Positions 1 to 14,945 are shown, numbered from the stretch's first letter. The stretch is DNA of 64,000 nt from the human T2T-CHM13v2.0 reference genome, Homo sapiens (GCF_009914755.1 NC_060942.1); one strand, 5' to 3'. The notes: generated by a model from the letters alone, not told the origin. Numbers and translations: made by a program.

Positions 1-386
1 ACCCACTAGAGCTGCAAAGCGGTGTTCATAGTGTCAGTGGCCCAGCTAAAGCTGGAAACCATTAATTTTGTAACAGAACCAACTAGTGACTATTTTATTT
101 TTTTTGGCAGAACTCAGCAGCAGGAAGAAGCCAAGGTAAGGCATTAGCCAGGGAGGTGGGGCAGAAGGGCCAGGGGCTGGAGAATCTCCAGTGCTCCCAT
201 GACTGTGGCCACATGGTTCAACTGTGGTCCAGGTTGGGGTTCGTAAACTCAGAGGTCAGGGGGACATCAGGTGTCTGAGCCCTGGCAGAGTCCAGGGGAG
301 ATTTAGAGGCTGTGGAGGAGGTGGAAATGCAACAGGGAAGAGAATTATGACCACAGAGAGAATATCAATACGACAAGCATGTTTGA

Positions 387-758
<372 letters not shown>

Positions 759-990
759 TGAGGAACCTGATGGTTCTTCAGCGATGCCTCAGGAATGATT
801 CTTTCAATCAGGGCGACTCCATTTTCATTTGTTGAGACGTGGGGGCGTGGGTGGGGTGGATGGGGGCAGTGACAAAAGTATATTTTATCAATAAAATTTG
901 ACTAAAAAAAGTGGTGTTGCTTGTTTTTTGCTTCTGGTTTGAAAACCACTTTGGTTTGGCTGGATGAACTTGGGTTTGACAGTGAGGAGG

Positions 991-1338
991 TGTATCAGTC
1001 CGTTTTCACGCTGCTGATAAAGACATACCTGAGACTGGGTAATTTATAAAGAAAAAGAGGTTTAATGGACTCACAGTTTCACGTGGTTGGGGAGGCCTCA
1101 CAATGAAAGGCACGTCTTACATGGCGGGCAGGCCAGAGAGACAGAGTCAAGGGAAGGGGGAACCCTCTTCTAAAGCCATCAGATCTCGTGAGACTCATTC
1201 GCTACCACGAGAACAGTATGGGGGAAACTGACCCCATGATTCAATTATCTCCCACCGGGTCCCTCCAGCAACACGTGGGAATTCTGGGAGCTACAATTCA
1301 AGATGAGATTTGGGTGAGGACACAGCCAAACCATATCA
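991..1338 (-). mobile_element. THE1C-type MaLR solo LTR
   Basis: Reverse strand begins TGATATGGTTTGGCTGTGTCC and ends ACTGATACA; 5-bp TSD ggagg at 986-990 and 1339-1343. Confidence 0.92.
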
Positions 1339-1513
1339 GGAGGCATAGTTCTGTCTCCTCCAAACTAGCAGTGTAGTTTGGGCTAGGCCCTCACCTTGCT
1401 GGGTTCTCAGTGCTCTTTTTGGGAAATCGGCGGGCTGCCCTAGGTCTTTGCGAGCTGCCTTCCCTGAGGGCTGGAGTTGAGTTCACAGCTGTGCAGCGTC
1501 TGTGGAGCTCTGC

Positions 1514-1532
1514 GGGCGCCACCTGGTGGTCA
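1514..1532 (-). promoter_or_regulatory. Strong CTCF consensus motif in a CpG-enriched unique patch
   Basis: Reverse strand TGACCACCAGGTGGCGCCC matches CCAC(C/T)AG(G/A)(G/T)GGCG core; motif only, no binding data. Confidence 0.6.
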
Positions 1533-2460
1533 AAACTGGCAGTGCCGTTTGCGGGCTCAGCGGGACGTGAGAACCCAGGCAGCTTGCTAGATGGGCTTCT
1601 ATTTACATTAGAGAACAATCTCTCCAGGGGACAGGGTGCCCTAACCAGGGTAAGAGAGCTCTTTTGTTAGAATAAATTGAGGATGAGCTGAACATGGCAC
1701 AGTAGCCAGGATCTCATCATGAAAATCAGAATAACTCATCCACATATGTGAATAATTTATGGCATATGCAGCCTGTTGGAGAGAGAAGGCCCATGCTATT
1801 AGTCAGAACTTACTTACAATCAGCTTGCTTCAATTAGGTTTTCCTTTATTGAAACAGTGACCTTGAAAATGACTTCATTTTCATATTCAGGCCTATCTCA
1901 TGTGTTTCCCAGAATAGTTATAAAACTGATCTGATGTGTGTGCTGTTTATGTTCCAGCACTTGTTGAGTGGCGATGAAGTCAGGGTCACTCTACAATGAG
2001 CCACGACAGCCTCTTTTGTCTCTAAATAATTTTTAAAATGGCTGATTGGTAATACTGGAGAGCCAGGTGTATGATTCAGAAGGGTTACTGGAACAAAAAA
2101 TTCTGAAAATGGCCTTGGATTGTTAATTTCCTATCCATGGGCATAGAAGGTGTCTGCAACACAGGCTCTGTCACAAAACAAATGATATAAAATGATAATA
2201 GAGCGGAAGTGGGAGGGAGTTTTTCTGTCATTGTGTTAGTCCCTGAACCCTCAAGGAAAGAGATAACAGTGCCTCTGGCTTTGGACTACAGATACCCACT
2301 CCCTTTGTTTAACTCCTACTTTTTTTTTTCCAGAAAAGTTTCAGACTAAAAATGTACCCTCCAAAGAAGTAGCTTCAAAAACTCCTTGCAAGAGCTCAGT
2401 TCCTTTACATTTATGGTCATTTTATTTTCTTTATGAGAAACTTGTGGATTAAAAACTATA

Positions 2461-2707
2461 GGCTAGGTGTGGTGGCTCATGCCTATAATCCCAGTACTTT
2501 GGGAGGCTGAGGCAGGAGGATCCATTGAGCCCAGCAGCCTGAGATGAACTGGGCAAGATAGGGAGACCCCACATCTACAAAAAAAAAAAAGAAAAAAAAA
2601 AGAAAAAAAAAAGAAAAATTAGCCAGCTGTGGCAGTGCATGCCTGTAGTCCCACATACTCAGGAATCTGAATCAGGAGGATCTCTTGAGCCCAGGAGTTC
2701 AGGGTTC
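2461..2707 (+). mobile_element. AluJ-like, expanded A-rich linker, 3' truncated
   Basis: Left arm, ~40-nt A-rich middle, right arm broken at cccaggagttc. Confidence 0.9.
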
Positions 2708-2711
2708 ATAG

Positions 2712-2795
2712 TCTCAACCTCCTGGGCTCAAGCAATTCTCCTGCCTCAGCCTCGCAAAGTGCTAGGCTTGCAGGTGTGGGCCACTGTGCCTAGCC
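2712..2795 (-). mobile_element. Alu/FLAM 5' fragment fused in inverted orientation to the preceding Alu
   Basis: ctcctgggctcaagc...ccactgtgcctagcc. Confidence 0.85.
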
Positions 2796-2940
2796 ATATC
2801 TTCATCTTTTAACTCTCTCTTCAATTGGCTTCAGTGACACTATTATCCAGACTCTTATTCTTCCTCTTTAAAAATCCCTTTTCAGTTTTTTTTTTGAAAA
2901 TGCGAGTGTGTATGTGTGTGTTTGTGTAAGTTCTTGTTTG

Positions 2941-3150
2941 CCATTTACTGAGCCCCTCCTAAGTGCCAGGCACTGTAATAGTTTGCATACATTTTATAGT
3001 GTAATCCTCTGAATGGCTTCTTGACATCAGTACTTTAAATTTCCGTTTTACATGATGAGCCCATGACTCAGAAAAGTTAAATAACTTGTCCATGTTCTAC
3101 AGAAAGTAACAGATTCAAACCCAGAGACACTGGTGTTCAGAGGTTGAGCT
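2941..3150 (-). mobile_element. MIR
   Basis: Degenerate MIR core (aagttaaataacttgtcc, gattcaaacccag, gtgccaggcactgt). Confidence 0.75.
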
Positions 3151-3455
3151 CTTACTCTCTGATGTTATACTGACTCCTCTATCATGCCTCTTGAAGTTTA
3201 ACCTTCCTGAAGGTGCTGTCCACAGTCCATATTTCCCTAGGGAGTATTATTCTCACCCAGGGATTCAATGACATTTTTAAGCTGAGGCATGTGAAGTCAC
3301 TGTGTGCACTGTCATTCCACACCCATGCCCACTGAACATCTCTAAATTCATGTCCCATAGGCCATGCAATTTATCAAAGCCCACATAACATGGGAATTTT
3401 ACCCACTTCCAGCTTCATCCCATATTGCTCTTCTACTTGGTCAGGGCACTCCAGC

Positions 3456-4006
3456 TGGAATGAGACCACCACTTCTCCTGTTGTCCTTCCCAGCTTCTCC
3501 CCCACCTCCCCTTCCCCTAGTTTATAAGACAGGAGAAAAGGGAGAAAGCAAACAGTTGGAAAGAAACAGAAGTAAGATAAATAGCTAGACGACCTTGGCG
3601 CCAACACCTGGCCCTGGTGGTTAAAATAATAATAATAATAATAATAACCCCTGACCAAAACTACTGGTGTTATCTATACATTCCAGACATTGTATGAGAA
3701 AGCATACAATGAGAAAGCACTGTATGAGAAAGCGCTGTATGAGAAAGCACTGTAAAACTGTAAAACTTTTTGTTCTGTTAGCTGATGCATGTAACCCCCA
3801 GTCACGTTCCTCACGCTTACTTGATCTATTATGACCCTTTCACGTGGACCCCTTAGAGTTGTAAGCCCTTAAAAGGGCTAGGAATTTCTTTTTCGGGGAG
3901 CTCGGCTCTTAAGACACGAGTCTGCCGACGCTCCTGGCCGAGTAAAAACCTCTTCCTTCTTTAATCCGGTGCCTGAGGAGTTTTGTCTGCGACTCGTCCT
4001 GCTACA
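3456..4006 (+). mobile_element. LTR2-family (HERV-E/Harlequin; LTR2B/C-type) solo LTR
   Basis: TG...CA termini, end gaggagttttgtctgcgactcgtcctgctaca, 4-bp TSD cagc (3452-3455, 4007-4010); poly(A) signal position reads AGTAAA. Confidence 0.9.
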
Positions 4007-4320
4007 CAGCCACACCCAACCTCCTTTCTGTTTCTCAAAGATGTCAAACTCATTCCTGCTCCAAGGCCGTTGCCCGGGCTCTTCTCATTTACCAGCATAT
4101 ACTTTTCACTGCTTATTTCACAGCTGGCTTCTTCTTGGACTTCTTGTCTCAGCTGAATTGCCATCTCCTTAGAGAAACTTTACGGACCATCCTATCTATG
4201 AAAGTGTTTCCCCTGTAGTTTTTCCTGATCACATCATCCTTTATAATTATCTTGGATTTTGCTTGGTTGTTGTCTATCTGCTCCCATCAAAACATATGTC
4301 CCTTGAAGTCGTCATTTGTT

Positions 4321-4485
4321 CAGGCACATATAAATATTTGTACAGGTTGTGCACTGTGCAAGGACACCTAGCTGAGGTGGGTGTGTGGGCTCAAATCTAG
4401 TCTGCCTCCACTTTCTGACCAGAAGGGCTATCTTTAAAAAAATTGTACAAAGACACCATCCAGGGTAGCAGTGGATGTGGCCCTG
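4321..4485 (-). mobile_element. MER91A-like hAT-Tip100 MITE
   Basis: Reverse strand cagggcca...ccttgcacagtgcacaacctgtacaa. Confidence 0.65.
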
Positions 4486-4600
4486 TGTGTCTTATCCAGC
4501 AGTTTATTTTCATAGTCTATAACAGTGACTGGTACATATTAGGCTTTCATAAAATATTTAGCAAATGAATAAAAGGGGGTGATGTAGCTGCAGGACAGTA

Positions 4601-4895
<295 letters not shown>

Positions 4896-4916
4896 TGCTT
4901 GGTTATTTTCTATCCT

Positions 4917-5234
<318 letters not shown>

Positions 5235-5300
5235 CTACGTTACTCCCTTTCGTTAATTCACTAAATATTTTATGAAAGCCTAATATGTACCAGTCACTGT

Positions 5301-5355
5301 ACTCCAGCCTGGGCAACAAGAACGAAACTGCATCTCAAAAAAAAAAAAAAAAAAA
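5301..5355 (+). mobile_element. Alu 3' terminal fragment plus poly(A)
   Basis: actccagcctgggcaacaag...catctc followed by A19. Confidence 0.85.
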
Positions 5356-5508
5356 GGAAAATAACCAAGCAGTTCTAACATTTAAAAATTTTCCAATTGC
5401 ATGTAGGGTAAAACTGAAATTCTTTCTGTGGTCAGGACCTACCTCCAACCTATATCTACCGCCTCATTTCACACCACCTTGGTTGCTATGATAAATTGCT
5501 GTGGTTCT

Positions 5509-5773
5509 TTTTTTTTCCTTGTTATTATTATTATTATACTTTAAGTTCTAGGGTACATGTGCACAACGTGCAGGTTTGTTACATATGTATACATGTACCA
5601 TGTTGGTGTGCTGCACCCATTAACTCGTCATTTACATTAGGTATATCTCCTAATGCTATCCCTCCCCGTCTCCTGAGCCCACGACAGGCCCCGGTGTGTG
5701 ATGTTCCCCACCCTGTGTCCAAGTGTTCTCATTGTCCAATTCCCACCTATGAGTGAGAACATGTGGTGTTTGG
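5509..5773 (-). mobile_element. L1PA (about L1PA4-6) 3' end, 5' truncated
   Basis: ttatactttaagttctagggtacatgtgcac; 17-bp TSD taaattgctgtggttct (5492-5508, 5774-5790). Confidence 0.95.
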
Positions 5774-5989
5774 TAAATTGCTGTGGTTCTAACCCTCAGA
5801 TATCCTTTGAAAAATCAAAACCTGACTCCAAGTCCAGAGCGCACAAAATGCAGGGAACGCTGTTTCTTCCTGCGTTTTAACTTGCAAGAAGTGGTAGTTT
5901 GTATTTTGGGCATTTTTTCCAAAACTTTTTTGCATTTTTTCCCTGTCGCAGAATTTCCTGTCAGTCTATCCTAGGATGGTTTCTAATGA

Positions 5990-6366
<377 letters not shown>

Positions 6367-6528
6367 CCCAGTGAATGTTTTCTTGTCAATTTCTATTTGA
6401 ATACTCACGTAAGTGGGAAATCTGTATGAACTCTGAACTTCCTTGACATGCTCTTTGATAGCTATCTCCAGCCACTTAGCCCTTTGAATTAATTCCTCCT
6501 TAGATTTGTCTTTGTGAATCATCAAGCT

Positions 6529-6851
6529 CTTTTTTTTGTTGTTGAGACGGAGTCTCGCTCTGTCACGCAGACTGGAGGGCAGTGGCGCGATCTCGGCTCA
6601 CTGCAACTTCCACTGCCTCCCAGATTCAAGCGATTCTTCTGCCTTAGCCTCCTGAGTAGCTGGGATTAACAGGCACCTGCCACCACACCCGGCTAATTAT
6701 TTTTGTATTTTTTTTATTTTTATTTTTTTTTAGTAGAGATGGGGTTTCATCATGTTGGCTAGGCTGGTCTTGAACTCCTGACCTCAAGTGATCTGCCCAC
6801 CTCAGTCTCCTGAAGTGCTGGGATTACAGGCATGAGCCACTGTGCCTGGCC
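6529..6851 (-). mobile_element. AluS
   Basis: Full-length, expanded linker, TSD atcMagctcttt. Confidence 0.93.
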
Positions 6852-7078
6852 CGATCCAGCTCTTTCAGTAGATTTTAACCCTTACTTAATTTCATTCCAG
6901 CAGTCAGATCACCATGTACATCTGGATGACTTTTTATTTTGTCCTCTCTCCTCTCCATTTTTACAAATGTTGCCCACCAGTCCAGGTGAGACCAAGGCCT
7001 CTCTCACCCTGGTTGTAACAGTAATGCAGCCACTGTGGAATCACTTTCCTTCAAGCTCCCTGGGCAAATGATGAGGTT

Positions 7079-7240
7079 CTTATTTATTTACTTATATTTC
7101 ATTTATTTATTTATTTATTTTTTTAGTGATGAGGTCTTGCTATGTTGCCCAGGCTGGTCTCGAACTCCTGGGCTTAAGGGATCCTCCTGTCTTGGCCTCC
7201 CAAAGTGTTGGGATTACAGCTGTGAGACTCTATGCCAGGC
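7079..7240 (-). mobile_element. FLAM (Alu left monomer)
   Basis: Single monomer with (ATTT)n tail. Confidence 0.85.
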
Positions 7241-8149
7241 AGGAATTCATTTCCTCATGACTAAACTTCCTCTCTGAAATGTGATAGGAGGGGAAGTGAA
7301 TGCAAAGATTGTGACCTTCTAAACTTCCTCTCGGGCTTTAATCAGATCTGTTTACAAAGGAACAATTTTAGGAAACCAAGCCAAACCAAACAACACCCTT
7401 GAGCCAAAGTTTTAGATACTTCCTTATTCGCTTTTCTGGAAAAGTAAGTGGTGGGGATGGCCAGGCTGACCTTCCCTAACATCAGGAAGATGTTATTTCT
7501 CCTGGTCCACGTTTCTGGTTAGTCCCATTTGGCCTGCTTTAACATGCACATACTTCTTTTTGCTGTGCGTTTAGAACTCTCAGATCTCTGGAACAAATGT
7601 GACGACCTCTTAAGCCCTCATTAACTTGCTTAATAATTTTAGGAAATGTGCACTAGGATTGGCACTGAAGTGCTTTAACTTTCAACCACAGGAATCCTGG
7701 TGTGCAGAGGCTGGACCTATGGACCATTTTTCTGGGAATACTGGTCTGACTCAAATGAAAACCATTTGGCCAAGTAAATTTATTGTCGTGAGCCGATAAC
7801 ACTATATATTAATATATCAAATGAAGGGCTGCTTTTTAAAAAAAAATTGACAATTTAATAATCAGTCATTCTTTACCTATTTCATTTTGAGGTAACTATT
7901 TTAGACCAAATTAAAAGTGATCATTTTTCTTTTTAAAATATATTCTGTCCCTCAATATTGTTGCTTTTCAAAAGTGCATCTGACCATTATTAATTCAAAG
8001 AGTAAGGTAATGATAATAAAAATGTTAGGCAAAAGTAGGCATTTTTCCAATCTCATGAGTAACTTTTCCACCCAACATGAAATGGAATTTTGTTATTTTG
8101 ATAAATCTTTTTTAAAACTCTAGTAGTTTTCTTCTGGGTGGGAAAGCAG

Positions 8150-8335
8150 AACTTATACTGAGTGCCTACAATATGCTAATTGCTTTACATATGCTGTATT
8201 ATATAATTATCATACTGATTATGTAACACATGTATTATTATCACCATTTTACTCATATGGAAACAGTTTCAAAGATAACTTGTCACATAATTATTATTGA
8301 ATCAGGTGCAAATCCTGCTCTGTTGGACTGTAAAG
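8150..8335 (-). mobile_element. MIR
   Basis: actgagtgcctac...attattatcaccattttac...aacttgtc. Confidence 0.6.
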
Positions 8336-8339
8336 CCTC

Positions 8340-8452
8340 TTCTTGGGAGCTTGTTAGAAATGGGGAATCTTAGGTGCCCCCCATCAGAACTACGGAGTCA
8401 GAATCTGCATTTTAACAAGTTTTCCTATAGGTGACTGGGATGCACATTAATT
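8340..8452 (+). mobile_element. MER5A fragment
   Basis: gggagcttgttagaaatg...gtcagaatctgcattttaacaag; strand nominal (near-palindromic element). Confidence 0.75.
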
Positions 8453-9105
8453 GTATATTAATGTGTATTATTGGTTGGGCCTACATTACATAGAAATGTT
8501 TGAAGCTATCTGAGGTTCTTTGATTGTTTTTCTTCCCCCTATCTCCACCTGGTTTCCCATATACCTGTTAAGATAACCCAGGAGGAAGTATGTTTAGATG
8601 CTATCATTCATTGATTTCATTGATCCTTCACACATATATCTCAGCTAAGCTTCCTAATCACCCCACAGTGTCATTACTAGCATCCCTACCTTATAGGTAA
8701 GGAAATTGAGTCTTGGGGAGATGAGAGTGCTAATGCAGGAATTGGAAAAGATAAAAATAATCATTTTCAGGGGAAATTTGAGTTCAAAATCGTATACACT
8801 ATTGCTACTTTTGGTCTTCCTGTTAGCGAATATTTAACAGTCAAGTATAACTAATAATAGTACTAGTAAGGAAAATTGTAGCTGTCTGAGTGCTCAGAAT
8901 TTGCTGAGCACAATATTAAGTGTCTTATGCGTTAGCTAATCAAATATGTAAAACTGTTACGTAAATGGGACTTATTCTCTCTGACTGTAGCAAATAGAAA
9001 AATAAATATCATAAAATCATTTGGCTTGTTTATCATGAGCCAATAGCTACAAAAATAAATTGATACTTGTTGACTATTTTTAGCAAGCGCATCTGCCCAT
9101 CAGCC

Positions 9106-9299
9106 AGTGATTCTCAATAAGGTTGGGGGTTAACCCTCCAAGGGACATTTGGAACCACACAGGGGCCCTTTCTGGTTGTCATAATGAATAGGGAGGTACA
9201 GCTGGCCTTTAGTATCTTGGAACCAGGGATGCTAAAATTCTCCGCCAGTATTGTCCCACCACCACTCCCAAGTGCTAATGACACTCTCCTTGAGGAACA
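9106..9299 (+). mobile_element. MER20B-like hAT element
   Basis: cagtgattctcaa...gggacatttgga...ggttgtcataatga...cagggatgctaaa...ttgaggaaca. Confidence 0.6.
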
Positions 9300-9404
9300 A
9301 AGAACTCTGCCAAAGTTTTTGCATGTATAAAACAAGTTTCAGCCTTTAAAGAGAACAATACTAATTATTCCTATCCCCAAAGAGTTAGCACTTTCCATTG
9401 CTAA

Positions 9405-10116
<712 letters not shown>

Positions 10117-11431
10117 TAATGGCCAGAGGGACTGCTAGGGTCAGGCCCTTCTACCTCATTTCCACCACAGCTCACAGATGAGGGCCTTCTACTTCCTCTC
10201 CACTCTGGCCAGTGTTGGAGGAAGCAGGTACAGCCCCTCTCTCTCTTTCTTCTGGGAAAAGGAGTGATTAGTTTGATTGTGAGCCTAGAATATTCACAGA
10301 GGCAGGTTTTACTCATCAGTGAGATTACTGTGCCCAAGACTTCACCCTTCCTCCTTCACTTCCCACTTTTGCAGCAGCTTGGTCTGCATTCCTGCCCCAG
10401 CCACAGGCTAAATGGCCAAAGTCCTCTCGGAGCTGGGGCCTGGGCCAGTGGAAGGTGTGTGACTCCCTCGTGCTATGTTGCCCTTTGCTCTGGCAGTAGG
10501 AATGCACTGTGCATTGGGATTTCCTTAGGCGGCAATAGTTCCATCTACCCTAAGATTTGCAGGTGAAATGGCAGATATTTATGGAGAAAGCAGTGGAAAG
10601 CTCCACTACCCTCAGTCCTAAGCCTTTCTCCAGCCCAGCTTTTAGCAGAGTTTATGTCAAGTGCTTGCTCAGCTTTTCACAAACAGCCACTGTCTTACCT
10701 CCTGAGGTCTTCCTGCTGTGCAAGCTCCACCCGTTGGGCTGACGAAAGGCGCTGGGAGCTCTGGGGCGCAGGAGCTGCCATCTTTGAAGCGCTCACACTG
10801 TGCTGGGCACTTTCTGTACCTTATCTTCTTTATTCTTCAAAATGACTCTGGGGGATAGGTGCGGTCCCTGGTTCAAAGACGTGGAAGCAGAAAATTTGGG
10901 ACATTAGTAACTCTGGGCTACTTAGTGAGTAATAAAGCTGAAATTCAGTTTGTCTGGACTCTAAAACCTATACTTTTAGCACTTTGAAGACAAATTTGTT
11001 TCTTCCATGTTTTATGATATGGATTTATCAACAAAGCCCTTCTCTTTGAGTTTCTGAGCGGATCCAAAGCTGTTTTTTGAGAGAAATAATTGGTTCTGGC
11101 GGCACCCCTGAGGAAGCAGGACAGGCTTGTCTCTGGCAAGAAAATAAATCACGTTCCTCCATTTTCCCCGCACTTGCAGTCCTGCCATCTGCATGTCTGG
11201 GGCCTAAGACATGTGTGTTTTCTTCTACTCACAACACAGAAGACTGGCATTTACTCACTCACCACTGAGTTGGTTGCAACTCAGCATTTGACAGAAGTTT
11301 GCTTGTGACATCTGGTGAGACAGGGAGGGAGAAAGAGAGAGAAAGGAATAATTTTAATGTGAAAGAAGATTCGTGGGAGTTATATTTGTCTGGTGTTCTA
11401 GGGTATCTGTTATCTGACTGTAATATATTAG

Positions 11432-11752
<321 letters not shown>

Positions 11753-11754
11753 TG

Positions 11755-11756
<2 letters not shown>

Positions 11757-11790
<34 letters not shown>
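11757..11790. repeat. (TG)17 microsatellite
   Basis: Perfect TG run. Confidence 0.97.
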
Positions 11791-11793
<3 letters not shown>

Positions 11794-12180
11794 TCCTATT
11801 TCCCTTAGAAATATCAATATAAAAGTAACCAAAAAAACACTGTTAGGCGAAATTGCTTGTAATGTCTGTCATTTTACTAGTTACTAAAGCTGCTTTAATT
11901 GATCCTGCAGGAATGACAGGTATCTCCTTTTCTCACTCTTTGGGGTCTGCCTCATGAAACTGGATGTTTGGTGGAGGAGGTCGTTCTTTTCAGATACAGA
12001 AGGCTGGTTCCTTAGTGAAGGTATACAAATGTCTGGGCTTTCATACTCATTAGAATAATTATTCACTATCTTATTTGAGGTATTTATATAAGCATCCCTG
12101 TGAGAAATTCCTGCTGAAGTCCAGTTCACTTTTATGAAACAATTCATGTACCTTATTCCAGTTGGAAGTGAGACCTCTAA

Positions 12181-12481
<301 letters not shown>

Positions 12482-12608
12482 CTCTAACTAAATATCTTTG
12501 CTTTATTGTTTTGGTTATCAGAAAATTCAGGGCCAAATGAGTGCTCAGTTGTACTGCTTGATTCCTAACAGATGCTAAGTACACATATGGTTCTTTAAAA
12601 TAATAATA

Positions 12609-12752
12609 TTATTATTATTTAGACAGGGTCTTGCTCTGTCGCCCATGCTGGACTGCAGTAGCATGATCATAGCTCACTATGGCCTCCAACTCCTGGGCTC
12701 AAGTGATCCTCTCACCACAGCCTCCTGAGCAGCTGGCACTATAGGTATGAGT
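12609..12752 (-). mobile_element. AluJ right monomer/FRAM
   Basis: agacagggtcttgctctgtc...ctcctgggctcaagtgatcctc. Confidence 0.85.
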
Positions 12753-13136
12753 CCTCATTTTTGAGTCCCTGGCCCATGTTTAATTTCAATTGTCATTGTC
12801 AGTTTTAATATGTTGTAAGTTATCTAAGACACCCCTCCTATTTTTTTTTTTTGGCAATAGGCATGGCATTTTCCCATGCGTTACTTGCTAATTGCAAAGG
12901 GCAAAATACCTTTGAAATGGAGACATCTGGCTTTTACTACCCCAACGTAGCAATCAATTTAAAAATTACTAATAGTGGACCAGTCAGGCAGTATATGATT
13001 CTTGATGTAAATATTAACCTGAATAAGAGGAAGCCTTTACATCTTACTTCCAATTCCTGGAAATACAGGGGATAGAGAAACAAGCCAAACAATATCACAA
13101 AGAAATAAAGTCATACCTGGAATGTGGGAGACTGTA

Positions 13137-13292
13137 TTAGTTGGTGCAAAAGTAATTGCGGTTTTTGCCATTAGTTGGTTTGGACTTGCTCATGTGGCCA
13201 TTCCAGCCCAGACAACCTTCTATGGGACTGCCACATAAGCAAGTCCAAAACCGAGCAATGGCAAAAGTGGTAATTACTTTTGCACCAACTAA
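13137..13292. mobile_element. MADE1 (Hsmar1 MITE) with ~84-bp self-complementary internal segment
   Basis: Both TIRs (ttagttggtgcaaaagtaatt...gccatt), TA at 13135-13136; inner inverted arms 13177-13198 and 13230-13252. Confidence 0.88.
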
Positions 13293-13562
13293 TGCAATGC
13301 AACTAGCCAGGTCGCCTAAAACACTTAATTTCATGAAAATAATTGGGGAGATGGAGTCTGTTCTAGAATAAAAGAGATGGGACGATGTACAGAAACTAGA
13401 TTAACTTTCATTACTGGTGAGAATGTAAAATAGTACAGCCTCTCTGGAAAATAATTAATGTTTCCAGTATGTGATCCAGCAATTCCGTTCCTAGGTATCT
13501 ACCCAAGAGAAAATATATGTGAACACGAGGACTTGTATATGAATACTCATAGTAGCATTATT

Positions 13563-14272
<710 letters not shown>

Positions 14273-14665
14273 AGAAAATGTGATCTATTCATACAATGAA
14301 ACATTACTCTGCCATAGAAAGAAACTATGGATGAACCTCAAAAACATTATGCTAAGTAAAAGAAGCCAGAATCCAGATGCGAAAGACAACATATTCTATG
14401 ATTCCATTTATAGGAACTGCCCAGAAAAGACAAATCTCTAAAGATGGTGAGTAGATTAGTCGTTGCTCAGAAGCTCAGGGTAGAAATGGAGATTTACTGC
14501 TAATAGGCATGTGGTATCTTTTTGGGTGAAGAAAAGGTTCTACAACCGCATTGTGGTGATGGTTGCACATCTCTGTAGATTTACCAAAAATATCATTGAA
14601 TTGTACCCTTCAAGTGAATGAATTTCATGGTAAATGATACCTCAATAAAACCAATTTCAAAAAAA

Positions 14666-14945
14666 CATGGCAGAAGTGATGTTGTGTGAGCCGAAGCCTT
14701 AAGAGGCTTTGTGCTTTTACCTTCCCACTATGGAACCTCCTCTGAGACTGCGACAGAGGGAAACTGAGGCACCCAGCCAACAGCAGCACCAACCACTCAC
14801 TGCACATGGGAGTTTGTCCCTCTTGGACCTTCCAGCCCAGATGAGCTTCTAGGTGACTGCAGCCACATGAGCAAGTCCAGCAGAGGACATGCCCAGCCGA
14901 GCTATGAGTCAAGAAATACAAGAAATTGTTTTACATCAATAAAAA
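14666..14945 (+). mobile_element. MLT1 (F/G/H-type) MaLR LTR fragment
   Basis: gaggcacccagccaacagc...ccttccagcccag...gactgcagccacatgag. Confidence 0.7.

Larger units (their letters stand above)
3180..4572 (+). mobile_element. L2 3' region, interrupted by LTR2 and MER91A
   Basis: cactccagc/cacac...ctcctttctgtttctcaaa and terminal acagtgactggtacata...aaatatttagcaaatgaat. Confidence 0.65.

Noticed and set aside
841-866. G-rich tract with G4 potential
   Set aside because: Common motif with longer loops and no supporting context
3691-3766. CRISPR-like repeat array
   Set aside because: No unique spacers, eukaryotic LTR context; it is a tandem repeat
8443-8465. 9-bp inverted repeat cacattaat/attaatgtg at MER5A truncation point
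   Set aside because: Could be a snap-back scar but is short and AT-rich, so chance cannot be excluded
13148-13169. Calling a named miR-548 gene
   Set aside because: The 22-mer equals the MADE1 consensus and is multi-copy; the hairpin geometry is atypical, so no locus assignment is possible
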